A stretch of 64,000 nucleotides of DNA from Peptococcaceae bacterium (lineage in GTDB: Bacteria > Bacillota > UBA994): the NCBI GenBank assembly GCA_018334055.1, contig JAGXSS010000108.1, positions 834 through 64,833 of the forward strand, read 5' to 3'. A model generated the notes under the pieces. That model was not told the DNA's origin. It worked only from the letters and a program-made list of their open reading frames with translations, and did not search any database. The position numbers and the translations under genes were made by a program. The stretch's first letter is position 1. The number at the start of each line of letters is the position of its first letter. This document shows, one piece after another, positions 49,506 to 59,088 of this stretch.

Positions 49506-50150
49506 ATGCGCTGCGTTGTCATCATTCCGGCGTTTAATGAAGAAAAGACCGTCGGTGCGGTAGTTGCCGCCGCCAAGCAATGTGCCTTGGTCGCGGAAGT
49601 GGTGGTAGTCAGCGATGGATCTAAGGATCGCACGGCCAAGGTGGCGGCCTCCGCAGGCGCGACCGTAATCGCCCTCCCAGAAAATCGTGGCAAAGGCGGG
49701 GCTATGCAGGCTGGCCTTTCCTCGGTGCCGGGAGATGTCTATCTCTTTCTTGATGCTGATCTCATTGGGTTAACCAAGGAGCACGTTGCGCACATGTTGG
49801 AACCAATCATAGCCGGTCGGGTCGAAGTTACCTTGGGCCTCTTTGGCAAGGGACGTTTGGCGACCGATTTGGCGCAAAAAATCGCACCATTTCTGTCCGG
49901 GCAACGCGCCTTGTCGAGGAGCGTCTTGTCGCAAATGCCAGACTTTTCTACAGCCGGGTGGGGTGTTGAAGTAGTGGTCAACAGGCATTTGCAGGCCACC
50001 GGGGTACCGGTAGAGGAGATTTTGCTCCATAACGTAACCCAAGTGATGAAGGAAGAGAAAAGCGGCTTAGTGCGTGGTGCTATTTCCCGCCTGCGTATGT
50101 ACTGGCAAATTTTTCAGGCATTAGGGCGAAAAGGGCGGGCGACACCATGA
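49506..50150 (+). CDS. Small GT-A fold family-2 glycosyltransferase
   Basis: IIPAFNEE and a DxD motif (FLDADL). 214 aa. No TM segment is apparent. Confidence 0.7.
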   Translation: MRCVVIIPAFNEEKTVGAVVAAAKQCALVAEVVVVSDGSKDRTAKVAASAGATVIALPENRGKGGAMQAGLSSVPGDVYLFLDADLIGLTKEHVAHMLEPIIAGRVEVTLGLFGKGRLATDLAQKIAPFLSGQRALSRSVLSQMPDFSTAGWGVEVVVNRHLQATGVPVEEILLHNVTQVMKEEKSGLVRGAISRLRMYWQIFQALGRKGRATP

Positions 50151-50809
50151 TTACGGATCTGGACCTAGTTATTCGCTTGAGCGTCAGCTGCTTCCTCGGG
50201 GGGTTGATCGGACTCGAGCGTGAAGGCTTGAATCGACCTGCCGGGTTTCGCACCCATGTCCTAGTGGCCGTGGGCTCCACCTTGATTATGCTAATTTCCA
50301 TCTATGGTTTTCTGGGGGTGGACGGGCCACATGATCCCGCCCGCCTAGCTGCCCAAGTAGTGAGTGGTATTGGCTTCTTAGGGGCAGGTACGATCATGAA
50401 AGAAGGACTGAGCATTAAGGGGCTGACAACGGCCGCCTCCTTGTGGGTGGTGGCCGCCATTGGATTGGCCTGTGGCGCCGGGTTCTATGTCGGCGCGGTG
50501 GCGACTACCTTGCTAGTCTATATTACCCTAGTGTTTTTCACGCGCATTGAACGGTACTACCTGCACCGTGCCAACTATGTGCGTTTGAACCTGATCATGT
50601 CGGACCAGGCCGGGCAACTAGGTAGAATCGGCACAGCCTTGGGTAGGAGAGGAGTCAGTGTGCGTAATATCTGCACAAGCCATGTCCAGGTTGAGGAAGG
50701 ACGTGTGCAAGTCCAACTGGAGGTCAAACTGCCGAGCACGGTGACCTTGCTCCAGGTCATCACTGATTTGTTGGACATACCCGGGATGTATAGCGTGGAT
50801 GAGACCTAA
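50147..50809 (+). CDS. MgtC/SapB-family membrane protein
   Basis: N-terminal MgtC domain (LVIRLSVSCFLGGLIGLEREGLNRPAGFRTHVLVAVGS) and a C-terminal ACT-like domain. The start overlaps the GT2 stop. Confidence 0.8.
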   Translation: MITDLDLVIRLSVSCFLGGLIGLEREGLNRPAGFRTHVLVAVGSTLIMLISIYGFLGVDGPHDPARLAAQVVSGIGFLGAGTIMKEGLSIKGLTTAASLWVVAAIGLACGAGFYVGAVATTLLVYITLVFFTRIERYYLHRANYVRLNLIMSDQAGQLGRIGTALGRRGVSVRNICTSHVQVEEGRVQVQLEVKLPSTVTLLQVITDLLDIPGMYSVDET

Positions 50810-50821
50810 TGAGCCCTGTGC

Positions 50822-50851
50822 TTGCATCGTCGCTGCCTCGTGTGATATGAT
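50822..50851 (+). promoter_or_regulatory. Candidate sigma-A promoter (extended -10) for the rimP-nusA-infB operon
   Basis: TTGCAT-N18-TGaTATGAT. A GC-rich hairpin follows at 50863-50883 (AGAGTGGG-tccat-CCCACTCT, then TTTCGTTC). Confidence 0.5.
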
Positions 50852-50934
50852 GTGTGCGTAAGAGAGTGGGTCCATCCCACTCTTTCGTTCATCAGGAAGT
50901 AGCATCAAGAAGTAGTTCGGTTAGGAGTGTATCT

Positions 50935-51399
50935 ATGCAACCCTCACTTGATCACATATTTGCGTTGTTCATGCCCGTAGTGGAAGCCTTGGGCTTGTCA
51001 TTAGTCGACGTGGAATGGCAGAGTGCACGGGGTGGAGCGAGATTGGCAGTCTTTATAGCCAAGCGAGGTGGTTCAGTCAGCATTGCTGATTGTGAAGCCG
51101 TCACGCATGCCTTAGGGCATGAGATGGAAGACACGCAAATATTTCCCCAGTCCTACACCCTCGAAGTCTCCTCTCCGGGACTAGACCGGGTGCTCAAACG
51201 GCCCCATGAGTTCGACGTCTTCCAGGGCAGAGTTGCCACCCTATGGCTTTTCGAGCCATTTTGTGGTAAAATGGAGTGTACAGGTATTTTGCAGGGCCGA
51301 CAAAGTGAGCATGTGTTGGTGCACTTGACTTCCGGCGAAATAGTAACTCTACCGGTCGCGCTGATCAGAAAAACCAAGTTAGTTTTTGATATGAAATGA
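50935..51399 (+). CDS. rimP: Ribosome maturation factor RimP (YlxS)
   Basis: LEVSSPGLDRVLKRPHEFDVFQGR. ATG at 50935 follows AGGAG. The ORF start at 50854 is an over-extension. Confidence 0.85.
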   Translation: MQPSLDHIFALFMPVVEALGLSLVDVEWQSARGGARLAVFIAKRGGSVSIADCEAVTHALGHEMEDTQIFPQSYTLEVSSPGLDRVLKRPHEFDVFQGRVATLWLFEPFCGKMECTGILQGRQSEHVLVHLTSGEIVTLPVALIRKTKLVFDMK

Positions 51400-51412
51400 G
51401 GGAAGCCAGGCA

Positions 51413-52456
51413 ATGAGCAGTGAATTCATTGATGCCATAAATTTTCTAGCCAGAGAAAAGCGGCTAGACAAAGCAGTGCTATTTGAGGCCATAGAGACGG
51501 CACTGGTGTCGGCCTACAAAAAGAACTTTGGCGGAACTGGAAACGTCAGGGTTCACGTTGACCGGGACAGCGGTGAAATTCAAGTTTATGCCCTGAAGCG
51601 TGTGGTTCCCCAGGTGGTTGATGTTCTTGCCGAAATCTCCCAATCAGATGCTAAAGCGCTTAATCCGGCGTACCAGAGCGGAGATATCTGCGAGGAACGA
51701 GTTACGCCCAAGAACTTCGGCCGCGTCGCCGCTCAGACTGCCAAACAGATCGTGGTGCAGCGTATTCGAGAGGCAGAGCGAGGTCTTATCTATGAGGAAT
51801 TTACCAATCGCGAGAGTGACATAGTTTCGGGCATAGTACAAAGAGCGGATGCGCGCAACGTCATCATTGACTTAGGAAAGGTAGAGGCCGTGATGCCTCC
51901 ATCCGAGAGGGTAGCCGGCGAAGTTTATCGCGCTGGGCAACGCCTCAAAACATATGTCCTTGAGGTGCGCAAGACCACCAAAGGACCCCAAGTTACGGTA
52001 TCGCGTAGCCATCCTGGCTTGTTGAAGCGTCTCCTAGAGCTAGAGGTAGAGGAAATCCATGATGGGATTGTCGAATTGAAATCGGTTGCTCGCGAGGCTG
52101 GTAGTCGCAGCAAGGTCGCAGTCAGCTCGCGCGACCCAAACGTCGACCCTGTGGGCGCCTGCGTCGGGCAAAAGGGCATGCGCATCCAGGTCATCGTCAA
52201 CGAACTTGGCAATGAGAAGATCGATGTCATCGCCTACACCAGTGACCCTGCTCTGTATGTGGCCAATGCTTTAAGCCCGGCCAAGGTCGTCCGCGTTGAG
52301 ATTGATGAGACGGCCAAGATCGCTAGGGTAGTGGTCCCGGATTATCAATTATCCTTGGCCATCGGCAAAGAAGGCCAAAATGCAAGGCTGGCGGCCAAGT
52401 TGACTGGTTGGAAGATCGACATTAAGAGTGAGAGTCAAGCTCTGCAACAGGGGTGA
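51413..52456 (+). CDS. nusA: Transcription termination/antitermination factor NusA
   Basis: N-terminal domain, S1 domain and two KH domains ([25 protein letters not shown]). Confidence 0.95.
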   Translation: MSSEFIDAINFLAREKRLDKAVLFEAIETALVSAYKKNFGGTGNVRVHVDRDSGEIQVYALKRVVPQVVDVLAEISQSDAKALNPAYQSGDICEERVTPKNFGRVAAQTAKQIVVQRIREAERGLIYEEFTNRESDIVSGIVQRADARNVIIDLGKVEAVMPPSERVAGEVYRAGQRLKTYVLEVRKTTKGPQVTVSRSHPGLLKRLLELEVEEIHDGIVELKSVAREAGSRSKVAVSSRDPNVDPVGACVGQKGMRIQVIVNELGNEKIDVIAYTSDPALYVANALSPAKVVRVEIDETAKIARVVVPDYQLSLAIGKEGQNARLAAKLTGWKIDIKSESQALQQG

Positions 52457-52460
52457 CAAA

Positions 52461-52730
52461 ATGAAGAACAAGCATGTTCCAGAACGCACTTGTGTGGGGT
52501 GTCGCCTAGCCAAACCCAAACGCGAGCTCATCCGGGTGGTTAGAGATCCGCTCGGGCAGGTGGATATTGACTACACCGGCAAAAAAAATGGCCGCGGGAT
52601 CTACCTGTGTCCAAATCTGTCGTGCCTAGAAGCGGCATTGAAGGCAAATAGGATGGGTGTGGGGCTGCAAACAGAGATACCAGCGGAGGTCATCGCGCGG
52701 TTGCGGGAGAAAATGCAAGGTGCAGGATAA
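52461..52730 (+). CDS. ylxR: YlxR/RnpM-family RNA-binding protein (DUF448)
   Basis: ERTCVGCR...GRGIYLC motif. Sits between nusA and ylxQ. ATG at 52461. Confidence 0.85.
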   Translation: MKNKHVPERTCVGCRLAKPKRELIRVVRDPLGQVDIDYTGKKNGRGIYLCPNLSCLEAALKANRMGVGLQTEIPAEVIARLREKMQGAG

Positions 52731-53049
52731 ATTTTTGCAGCTTTTAGGGCTGGCTCAACGCGCAGGCGCTGTTGCCAGTGGCACCATGGCTTGCCTCCAG
52801 GCTCTTCGCAAGGGAAAAGCGAAATTGCTCATAGTTGCCGTGGATACTGAGCTAAAAGTAGCCGCGGAGTATCGTAAAATAGCAGAAAAAAATTCTATCC
52901 CGCTAATTACCATCTCCTCGCAGGCTGAATTGGGTAATGCCATCGGCAAGAGCAGGCGAGCTGCAGTGGTCATAGCCGATCCAAATTTCGGCCGCCGTTT
53001 ATGGGAATTGAGCCTGAACAATGGAGGTGGACCTAGTTGTCCAAAATAA
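52720..53049 (+). CDS. L7Ae-family ribosomal-protein-like protein YlxQ
   Basis: LGLAQRAGAVASG...KAKLLIVAVDT L7Ae fold. GTG at 52720 overlaps the ylxR stop. Confidence 0.8.
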   Translation: MQDKFLQLLGLAQRAGAVASGTMACLQALRKGKAKLLIVAVDTELKVAAEYRKIAEKNSIPLITISSQAELGNAIGKSRRAAVVIADPNFGRRLWELSLNNGGGPSCPK

Positions 53050-55241
53050 GAATATTCGAACTAGCTGAGGAACTACAATTGCCGGCAGAGACCTTAGTAG
53101 AGGCTCTCCGGGAGCTCAAACTTAACATTTCTAATCCGATGAGCATGGTCGACACACAAGTTGCCGATGTCATCCGAGAGGTCATCACGAAGCAGCGCAA
53201 GAAGCGTCCATTAGTGCTGAAGGCTCCCGCAGAAGAGAAGGTCGCGCCGGTAGTGGTGGTAGAAGCGCAGCCAATTCCTGATCTCCCGCTGCCTCCCGTG
53301 CCAATGCCTTCGCGCCACGGTGAAGCCAAGGCGCCCCCTGTTTCACAATCACCAAAGAAAGCTGCCGATAAGCCGCGAGATAAGCGGCATGCTGAGCCCG
53401 CGGCAAATATAGTCAACCGCAAAATGGCGCCCCAGGGGCGCAGACCACAGCATGGTGGCGGCCATGGCTCGCCCACTCCTAGCGCTTCGCCCATAGGGGT
53501 GGTTCATATTGAAAACCCCGTCACCGTCGGAGAGTTTGCTAAATTATCTGGGCGTTCGGTGGGCGACATCATCACTAAATTGATGCATCTTGGGTTTATG
53601 GCCACTATTAACCAGCATCTTGATTTTGACACCCTCGGCATCTTGGCCTCCGAAATAAATCTCAAGCTCGAAATTAAACTTCCTCCAGTTTTGCAAGATG
53701 TCGTTGACGAAGACCAGGACCTACCTGAGAGCATGCGGCGACGCTACCCGGTAGTGACAGTCATGGGTCATGTCGACCATGGCAAGACATCTCTGTTAGA
53801 TTGCATTCGTCGTTCCCATGTTACCGCGTCCGAGGCCGGTGGCATTACCCAGCATATCGGCGCTTATCAAGTCGACTTGGGCGATGATAAAATTGTATTT
53901 TTGGATACCCCAGGGCACGAGGCCTTTACCCAGATGCGTGCCCGCGGAGCAAAAGTTACCGACATTGCCATTTTGGTTGTGGCGGCTGATGATGGCGTCA
54001 TGCCGCAAACGATAGAAGCGTTAAATCATGCCAAGGCCGCCAATGTACCCATCATTGTGGCTGTCAATAAGATGGATAAGCCAAGTGCCGACCCGGGGCG
54101 CATTAAGCAGCAGCTCACCGAGTATGGCATTGTCACCGAAGAATGGGGCGGGGACACTATTTTTGTTGGCGTATCCGCATTAAAGCGCCAGGGTATCGAT
54201 GACCTTTTGGCTGCCGTGCTCACAGTAGCCGAGGTCTTGGAGCTTAAGGCGAACCCAGACAGGTCTGCTAGAGGAATCGTCATTGAGGCGCATATCGATA
54301 AAGGGAAGGGTCCCATCGCCACTTTGCTCATTCAAAAGGGAACCTTAAATGTAGGCGATGCCGTAGTGGCGGGTTCTGCCTATGGCCGCGTTCGTGCGAT
54401 GGTCAACGACAAGGGCAAGCGCTTAAAAAAAGCCGGTCCATCGACCCCGCTTGAGCTCCATGGTCTCTCCATGGCGCCCCAAGCCGGCGATGAGTTCGTT
54501 GTGGTGAAAGATGATAAGGTGGCGCGCCTTATGGCTGAAAAGGCGGCCGAGATGCGCAGAATAGACATGCAGCGACCGGTGCAGAAGGTCAGCCTGGATG
54601 ACTTTTTCAAACAAGTTCAGGCCGGCCAAATGAAGAACTTAAACTTGATTATCAAGGGCGATGTGCAAGGTTCGGTGGAGGCACTCAAGCCTGCCGTAGA
54701 AAAACTGAACAATCGCGAAGTAGAAGTTAAAGTCATTCATGTCGGAGTCGGTCCGGTCAATGAGAGCGACATTTTGCTCGCTAAGGCTTCTAATGCCATC
54801 ATCATCGGTTTTAACGTGCGCGCCGAGGCCAATGCCCGTAAGGCAGCTGAGCAGGAACAAGTGGACGTGAGATTCTACCGCATAATTTACGAAGTGTTAG
54901 ACGATATTACGGCCGCACTCAAAGGTATGCTTGCCCCTGTGTTCAAGGAAAACGTCATTGGGCAGGCAGAGGTACGGGTCGTATTTCGTGTTACCGGTTC
55001 CGGCGTAATTGCCGGCTCTATGGTTACCGAGGGAAAGATTACGCGTCAAGCAGGTGTAAGACTCTTGCGGGGCGGAATCATAATCTACGAGGGCAAAATA
55101 GGATCGCTCAAGCGGTTTAAGGATGACGCTAGAGAAGTGGCGTCAGGGTATGAGTGCGGGATCGGTCTAGATAACTACGACGATGTCAAAGAAGGCGACA
55201 TTATTGAGGCCTTTGTCAGAGAACAAGTTTTGACACCATGA
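53037..55241 (+). CDS. infB: Translation initiation factor IF-2
   Basis: N-terminus [14 protein letters not shown]-domain motifs [20 protein letters not shown] and NKMD. TTG start after GGAGGTG. Confidence 0.95.
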   Translation: MSKIRIFELAEELQLPAETLVEALRELKLNISNPMSMVDTQVADVIREVITKQRKKRPLVLKAPAEEKVAPVVVVEAQPIPDLPLPPVPMPSRHGEAKAPPVSQSPKKAADKPRDKRHAEPAANIVNRKMAPQGRRPQHGGGHGSPTPSASPIGVVHIENPVTVGEFAKLSGRSVGDIITKLMHLGFMATINQHLDFDTLGILASEINLKLEIKLPPVLQDVVDEDQDLPESMRRRYPVVTVMGHVDHGKTSLLDCIRRSHVTASEAGGITQHIGAYQVDLGDDKIVFLDTPGHEAFTQMRARGAKVTDIAILVVAADDGVMPQTIEALNHAKAANVPIIVAVNKMDKPSADPGRIKQQLTEYGIVTEEWGGDTIFVGVSALKRQGIDDLLAAVLTVAEVLELKANPDRSARGIVIEAHIDKGKGPIATLLIQKGTLNVGDAVVAGSAYGRVRAMVNDKGKRLKKAGPSTPLELHGLSMAPQAGDEFVVVKDDKVARLMAEKAAEMRRIDMQRPVQKVSLDDFFKQVQAGQMKNLNLIIKGDVQGSVEALKPAVEKLNNREVEVKVIHVGVGPVNESDILLAKASNAIIIGFNVRAEANARKAAEQEQVDVRFYRIIYEVLDDITAALKGMLAPVFKENVIGQAEVRVVFRVTGSGVIAGSMVTEGKITRQAGVRLLRGGIIIYEGKIGSLKRFKDDAREVASGYECGIGLDNYDDVKEGDIIEAFVREQVLTP

Positions 55242-55528
55242 CGCACCGCCTCGGGGTATTGTCATTGGAATTGCATTTTCCCGCGGCGCATTCGCTCAAA
55301 GAAAAACGATCGATTTTAAAGTCTCTGCTGGCGAAAATCCGCGGCACCTTCAATGTCTCGGTGGCCGAGGTCGGCCACCAAGATGTTTGGCAAAGAACAC
55401 GCCTTGTTGTAGCTGTTGTGTCGGGCAATGGTGTCGAGGTGCAGAAGACCTTTGCGACCATCACTGGCTTTGTCGAAAGAGCTCTGCATGAGGGCATTAT
55501 TCTGGAGGCGACAGAAGAGATATTCTAA
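55238..55528 (+). CDS. DUF503 protein YlxP
   Basis: 96-aa protein between infB and rbfA, as in Bacillus. Confidence 0.8.
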   Translation: MTHRLGVLSLELHFPAAHSLKEKRSILKSLLAKIRGTFNVSVAEVGHQDVWQRTRLVVAVVSGNGVEVQKTFATITGFVERALHEGIILEATEEIF

Positions 55529-55553
55529 CGCTATGGATGAGGGGGAACGATTG

Positions 55554-55901
55554 ATGCCGCAGTTTCGCACTGAACGCATCAAAGGACAATTGAAAGAGGA
55601 ACTTAGCGACATATTGAGGTTGCTTAAGGACCCGCGCCTTGGTTTTGCTACCATTACTAGTGTGGAAATTTCTGGTGATCACCGCCATGTCAAGGCCTTC
55701 GTCTCGGTTTTTGGCACCGATGAGGAAAAGAAGGATACTCTCAAGGCACTGGAAAGCGCCACTGGTTTTATCCGTACCGAAGTCGGCAAGCGCATCAAGA
55801 TGCGCCACACACCAGAAGTCATCTTTAGGATTGATGAATCTATTGAGCATGGTGCTCACATCAACAAGTTGCTTAAGGACATTGAGCGTGACAACAAGTA
55901 A
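55554..55901 (+). CDS. rbfA: Ribosome-binding factor A
   Basis: RTERIKGQLKEELSDIL...KMRHTPEVIF. ATG at 55554 follows GGGGG. Confidence 0.9.
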   Translation: MPQFRTERIKGQLKEELSDILRLLKDPRLGFATITSVEISGDHRHVKAFVSVFGTDEEKKDTLKALESATGFIRTEVGKRIKMRHTPEVIFRIDESIEHGAHINKLLKDIERDNK

Positions 55902-56868
55902 TTCTTCGCTAGCGGAAGTTGTCTCCTTACTTAAGGCGGCCACAAAGGTGTTGCTCATCGGACATGTTGCGCCCGATGGTGATTCACTGGGGTCCTCTAT
56001 CGCCCTATGTCGCCTCCTCCGGCAAACGGGCAAGGAGGCGTATGTGGCTTGTCTTGACCGCATCCCACCGCGCTATGAATTCTTGCTTAAATTTTCCTCC
56101 GTAATAACCGTAGCTGAAGACCTCCCCCCTGACGTTGATTTTGTGGTGGTACTTGACTGTGGCGACCTCCCCCGGACAGGTTTGCCTCTATCTTATACGG
56201 CGCGGCAAAAATTCATCAATATTGACCACCATACCTCGAACACCGGCGCCTTAGGGCATGCTTGGGTCGATAGTACCGCCAGTGCCGTAGGGCAGCAAGT
56301 ATTGCGCCTACTTGATGCTGCGGACTGGCCGATTGACAAAGATACCGCCACCTGCCTCTATACTTCATTGGCCACTGATTCAGGATTCTTTCGCCATGCT
56401 AATACGACCCCAACCCTCTTGCGGGAAGCCGCCCGCCTTCTCGAATGCGGAGCAGATGCCCGCCTAGTCGTTGAGCATGCCTTAGAGCGGAAAAGTCTCG
56501 GGGAACTCTGCCTAATTAAGCGCACGTTGGGCACCTTATCCTTACATGAAAATAATAAAATTGCCTTGCTTGAGGTTTCTTTAGTAGATGCACAGGACTG
56601 TGGTGTGCAGGCGGATGAAGTAGAAGAGATGGTTGATTTTGCCCGGGCCATTCCCGACACTGCTGTAGCAGTATTGCTTAAGGAGATGGCCCCCTCGGTG
56701 ACGAAAGTCAGTCTGCGCTCTAAAGGAAGGCTTGATGTCAGTAAAATTGCTGAGCATTTTGGCGGCGGAGGGCACCGAGCAGCGGCCGGAGCCACAATGC
56801 CTTTGAGCATTGACGCGGCTCGTCACGAAATCATACGGCGACTGGCAGAGGTGCTTAATAATGCCTGA
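55888..56868 (+). CDS. nrnA: DHH/DHHA1 phosphoesterase (NrnA-like oligoribonuclease/pAp phosphatase)
   Basis: HVAPDGDSLGS, DHHTSNT and GGGGHRAAAG motifs. GTG at 55888. The six-frame ORF 55639..56868 is an over-extension across rbfA. Confidence 0.8.
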   Translation: MTTSNSSLAEVVSLLKAATKVLLIGHVAPDGDSLGSSIALCRLLRQTGKEAYVACLDRIPPRYEFLLKFSSVITVAEDLPPDVDFVVVLDCGDLPRTGLPLSYTARQKFINIDHHTSNTGALGHAWVDSTASAVGQQVLRLLDAADWPIDKDTATCLYTSLATDSGFFRHANTTPTLLREAARLLECGADARLVVEHALERKSLGELCLIKRTLGTLSLHENNKIALLEVSLVDAQDCGVQADEVEEMVDFARAIPDTAVAVLLKEMAPSVTKVSLRSKGRLDVSKIAEHFGGGGHRAAAGATMPLSIDAARHEIIRRLAEVLNNA

Positions 56869-57748
56869 CGGTTTCATAAATCTATACAAAGAGCCGGGCC
56901 CGACTTCCCATGCGGCCGTAAATCAAGTACGCCGCTTGTTTGGCATGCGCGCAGTTGGGCATATGGGCACCCTTGATCCGGCAGCAGAAGGAGTTTTACC
57001 ACTTGCAGTCGGCCGGGCCACCCGCCTGATCCCCTTAGTCGAAGGCACCGTGAAAGTCTATCGCGCCGAGCTAGTGCTTGGACTTGCCACCGATACCGAT
57101 GACACTTCAGGGAAAACCATGGCTACCGCCGATGCGAATGTGGTCGACCGCGAAATTGTCTCTCTTTGCCTGCCAGGTTTCTTAGGGCAACAAGTTCAAC
57201 TGCCGCCCATGTTTTCTGCAGTCAAAGTTGCCGGCAAGAAACTATATGAGTTAGCGAGGCGGGGGCAAGTTGCAGAGATTCCGCCGCGTGAGGTTACCGT
57301 GTCCAGCCTTATGCTCACGGATTGGCGACGGGAGGGACATTTGGCGATTGCTACGCTAGAGGTTGAGTGTGCGAAAGGAACTTATATCCGGGCTCTCTGC
57401 CGAGACATCGGACAAAAGTTAGGGCTGCCCGCCTGTATGGGGAGCTTGTTAAGGCGGCAAAGCGGACCGTTCATGGAGAAACACAGTGTCAAGATGGACA
57501 CACTGGCTCTTGACCCTTTGCTGCACCTAGTGACCATAAATACCATGCTGGCTGACAAGCCACGCATCACCCTTTCTTTGAGCGATGCGAAGAGATTCTT
57601 ACAGGGACAACGAATTCGGGTTAACCATGGTGAGGAGAAGGACGAGTGCCCTGTTTTTTGTGGGGAGTTGTTTCTGGGCTTAAGTCAGGTTGAGGCCGGA
57701 ATTTTGTCTCCCACCAAGGTCATGATGCAGGAGGTAGAGCTGCCTTGA
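56861..57748 (+). CDS. truB: tRNA pseudouridine(55) synthase TruB
   Basis: GHMGTLDPAAEGVL catalytic Asp motif. The ATG overlaps the nrnA stop. Confidence 0.9.
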   Translation: MPDGFINLYKEPGPTSHAAVNQVRRLFGMRAVGHMGTLDPAAEGVLPLAVGRATRLIPLVEGTVKVYRAELVLGLATDTDDTSGKTMATADANVVDREIVSLCLPGFLGQQVQLPPMFSAVKVAGKKLYELARRGQVAEIPPREVTVSSLMLTDWRREGHLAIATLEVECAKGTYIRALCRDIGQKLGLPACMGSLLRRQSGPFMEKHSVKMDTLALDPLLHLVTINTMLADKPRITLSLSDAKRFLQGQRIRVNHGEEKDECPVFCGELFLGLSQVEAGILSPTKVMMQEVELP

Positions 57749-58665
57749 TAATAACCGCCATAGAAGAGGGCCCTAAGGTTGGAGCTGTCTGTCTTGGAAC
57801 TTTTGACGGTGTTCACCTCGGTCACCAGGCAATAATGCATAAAACTCGCGAAATAGCGTCAGAGAAAGGCGCCTTGGCTGCTGTGTTTACTTTTTACCCT
57901 CACCCTGGGCATACCCTGGGTAAACAGCCGGTGCAAACCATTACCACCCGCAAGCAGCGCGCTCGTTTATTCGCGGCCTCGGGTATTGACCTCTTGGTTG
58001 AACACCCTTTTACGGTGGAGTTTTCCTCCCTCGATCCGGAAAGTTTTGTGCGCGATGTACTTTGGTCCCGATTTAAGGATGCGACACTTGTCGCTGGTTT
58101 TAACTACACCTTTGGTCATCGAGCACAAGGCAATGTTGAGACTTTACGATGCTTGGGGAAGCGCTACGGCTTTGCCGTTGTGGAAGTGCCTCCGGTCATC
58201 ATCGGAGGGGAAGTGGTCAGCAGCACAAGGTTGCGACGCGAAATCTCACTGGGAAGCTTAAAAGAAGTGAGCCAGTGTTTGGGACGGGACTTTTCCCTGC
58301 AGGGCAGCGTGGTGGCAGGTGATGGCCGAGGGCGTAAACTTGGATTCCCCACGGCTAATCTGCACTTCGCCCCCGAGCAAATGATTCCTCCGAGTGGCGT
58401 GTATGTTGTGTATGCTGCGGAATATGGTTATGGGGTCGGCAATTTAGGGCGACGCCCGACATTTCCCCAAGCGGATATAACCTTCGAAGTGCATTTTTTT
58501 TCACCCACCGGCAATTTGTATGGTCAAGAAATCGAGGTTGCGGTGCTAAGTTATTTACGTCCGGAAAGGAAATTTCCTGACCCCACCGCCCTGCGCCTGC
58601 AAGTGGGTGAGGACATTGCCAGAGCTACTAGGTACAGCCTTGCGCATGCTGCTATGAAGTGCTAG
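57745..58665 (+). CDS. ribF: Bifunctional riboflavin kinase/FMN adenylyltransferase
   Basis: GTFDGVHLGHQ nucleotidyltransferase motif. C-terminal kinase motif (GFPTANL, PSGVY). Confidence 0.9.
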   Translation: MIITAIEEGPKVGAVCLGTFDGVHLGHQAIMHKTREIASEKGALAAVFTFYPHPGHTLGKQPVQTITTRKQRARLFAASGIDLLVEHPFTVEFSSLDPESFVRDVLWSRFKDATLVAGFNYTFGHRAQGNVETLRCLGKRYGFAVVEVPPVIIGGEVVSSTRLRREISLGSLKEVSQCLGRDFSLQGSVVAGDGRGRKLGFPTANLHFAPEQMIPPSGVYVVYAAEYGYGVGNLGRRPTFPQADITFEVHFFSPTGNLYGQEIEVAVLSYLRPERKFPDPTALRLQVGEDIARATRYSLAHAAMKC

Positions 58666-58751
58666 AATAAACCGTAACCTTTGGCTGGGTTTTTCCGACT
58701 CCTCCGCCGGATTACATGGCCATTGGATAGTAATATGAGGAGGTGAGCATT

Positions 58752-59018
58752 ATGAGCATCAGCCAAGACCAAAAGCGAACCATCATCGACAAGTTTCGCA
58801 CTCATGAGACCGATACCGGATCCGCCGAGGTACAGATTGCGATTTTGACCAATCGCATCACTGAGTTGACTAACCATTTAAAACTGCATTCGAAGGATCA
58901 CCATTCACGGCGCGGTTTGTACAAAATGGTCGGACAGCGTCGTCGTTTACTGAACTATCTACAGAGCAAGGATGTTGAACGTTTCCGCGCTATTAAGGAG
59001 CAACTTGGAATACGCTAA
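58752..59018 (+). CDS. rpsO: 30S ribosomal protein S15
   Basis: [15 protein letters not shown]...[15 protein letters not shown] at 58752 follows GAGGAGG. Confidence 0.95.
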   Translation: MSISQDQKRTIIDKFRTHETDTGSAEVQIAILTNRITELTNHLKLHSKDHHSRRGLYKMVGQRRRLLNYLQSKDVERFRAIKEQLGIR

Positions 59019-59025
59019 TGAGCAA

Positions 59026-59050
59026 AGCGGGATCTCCCGCTTTTCTTTTT
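59026..59050 (+). terminator. Rho-independent terminator/attenuator between rpsO and pnp
   Basis: AGCGGGA-tc-TCCCGCT followed by TTTCTTTTT. Confidence 0.75.
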
Positions 59051-59088
59051 ACGTTGTCTTGGCATACTAAAGCTTGAGGAGGTAGAGC

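Noticed and set aside
55639-56868. 409-aa ORF starting at 55639 and overlapping rbfA
   Set aside because: Only the part from about GTG 55888 onward shows DHH/DHHA1 homology. The upstream 83 codons overlap rbfA in another frame and have no similarity. I trimmed it to 55888-56868.
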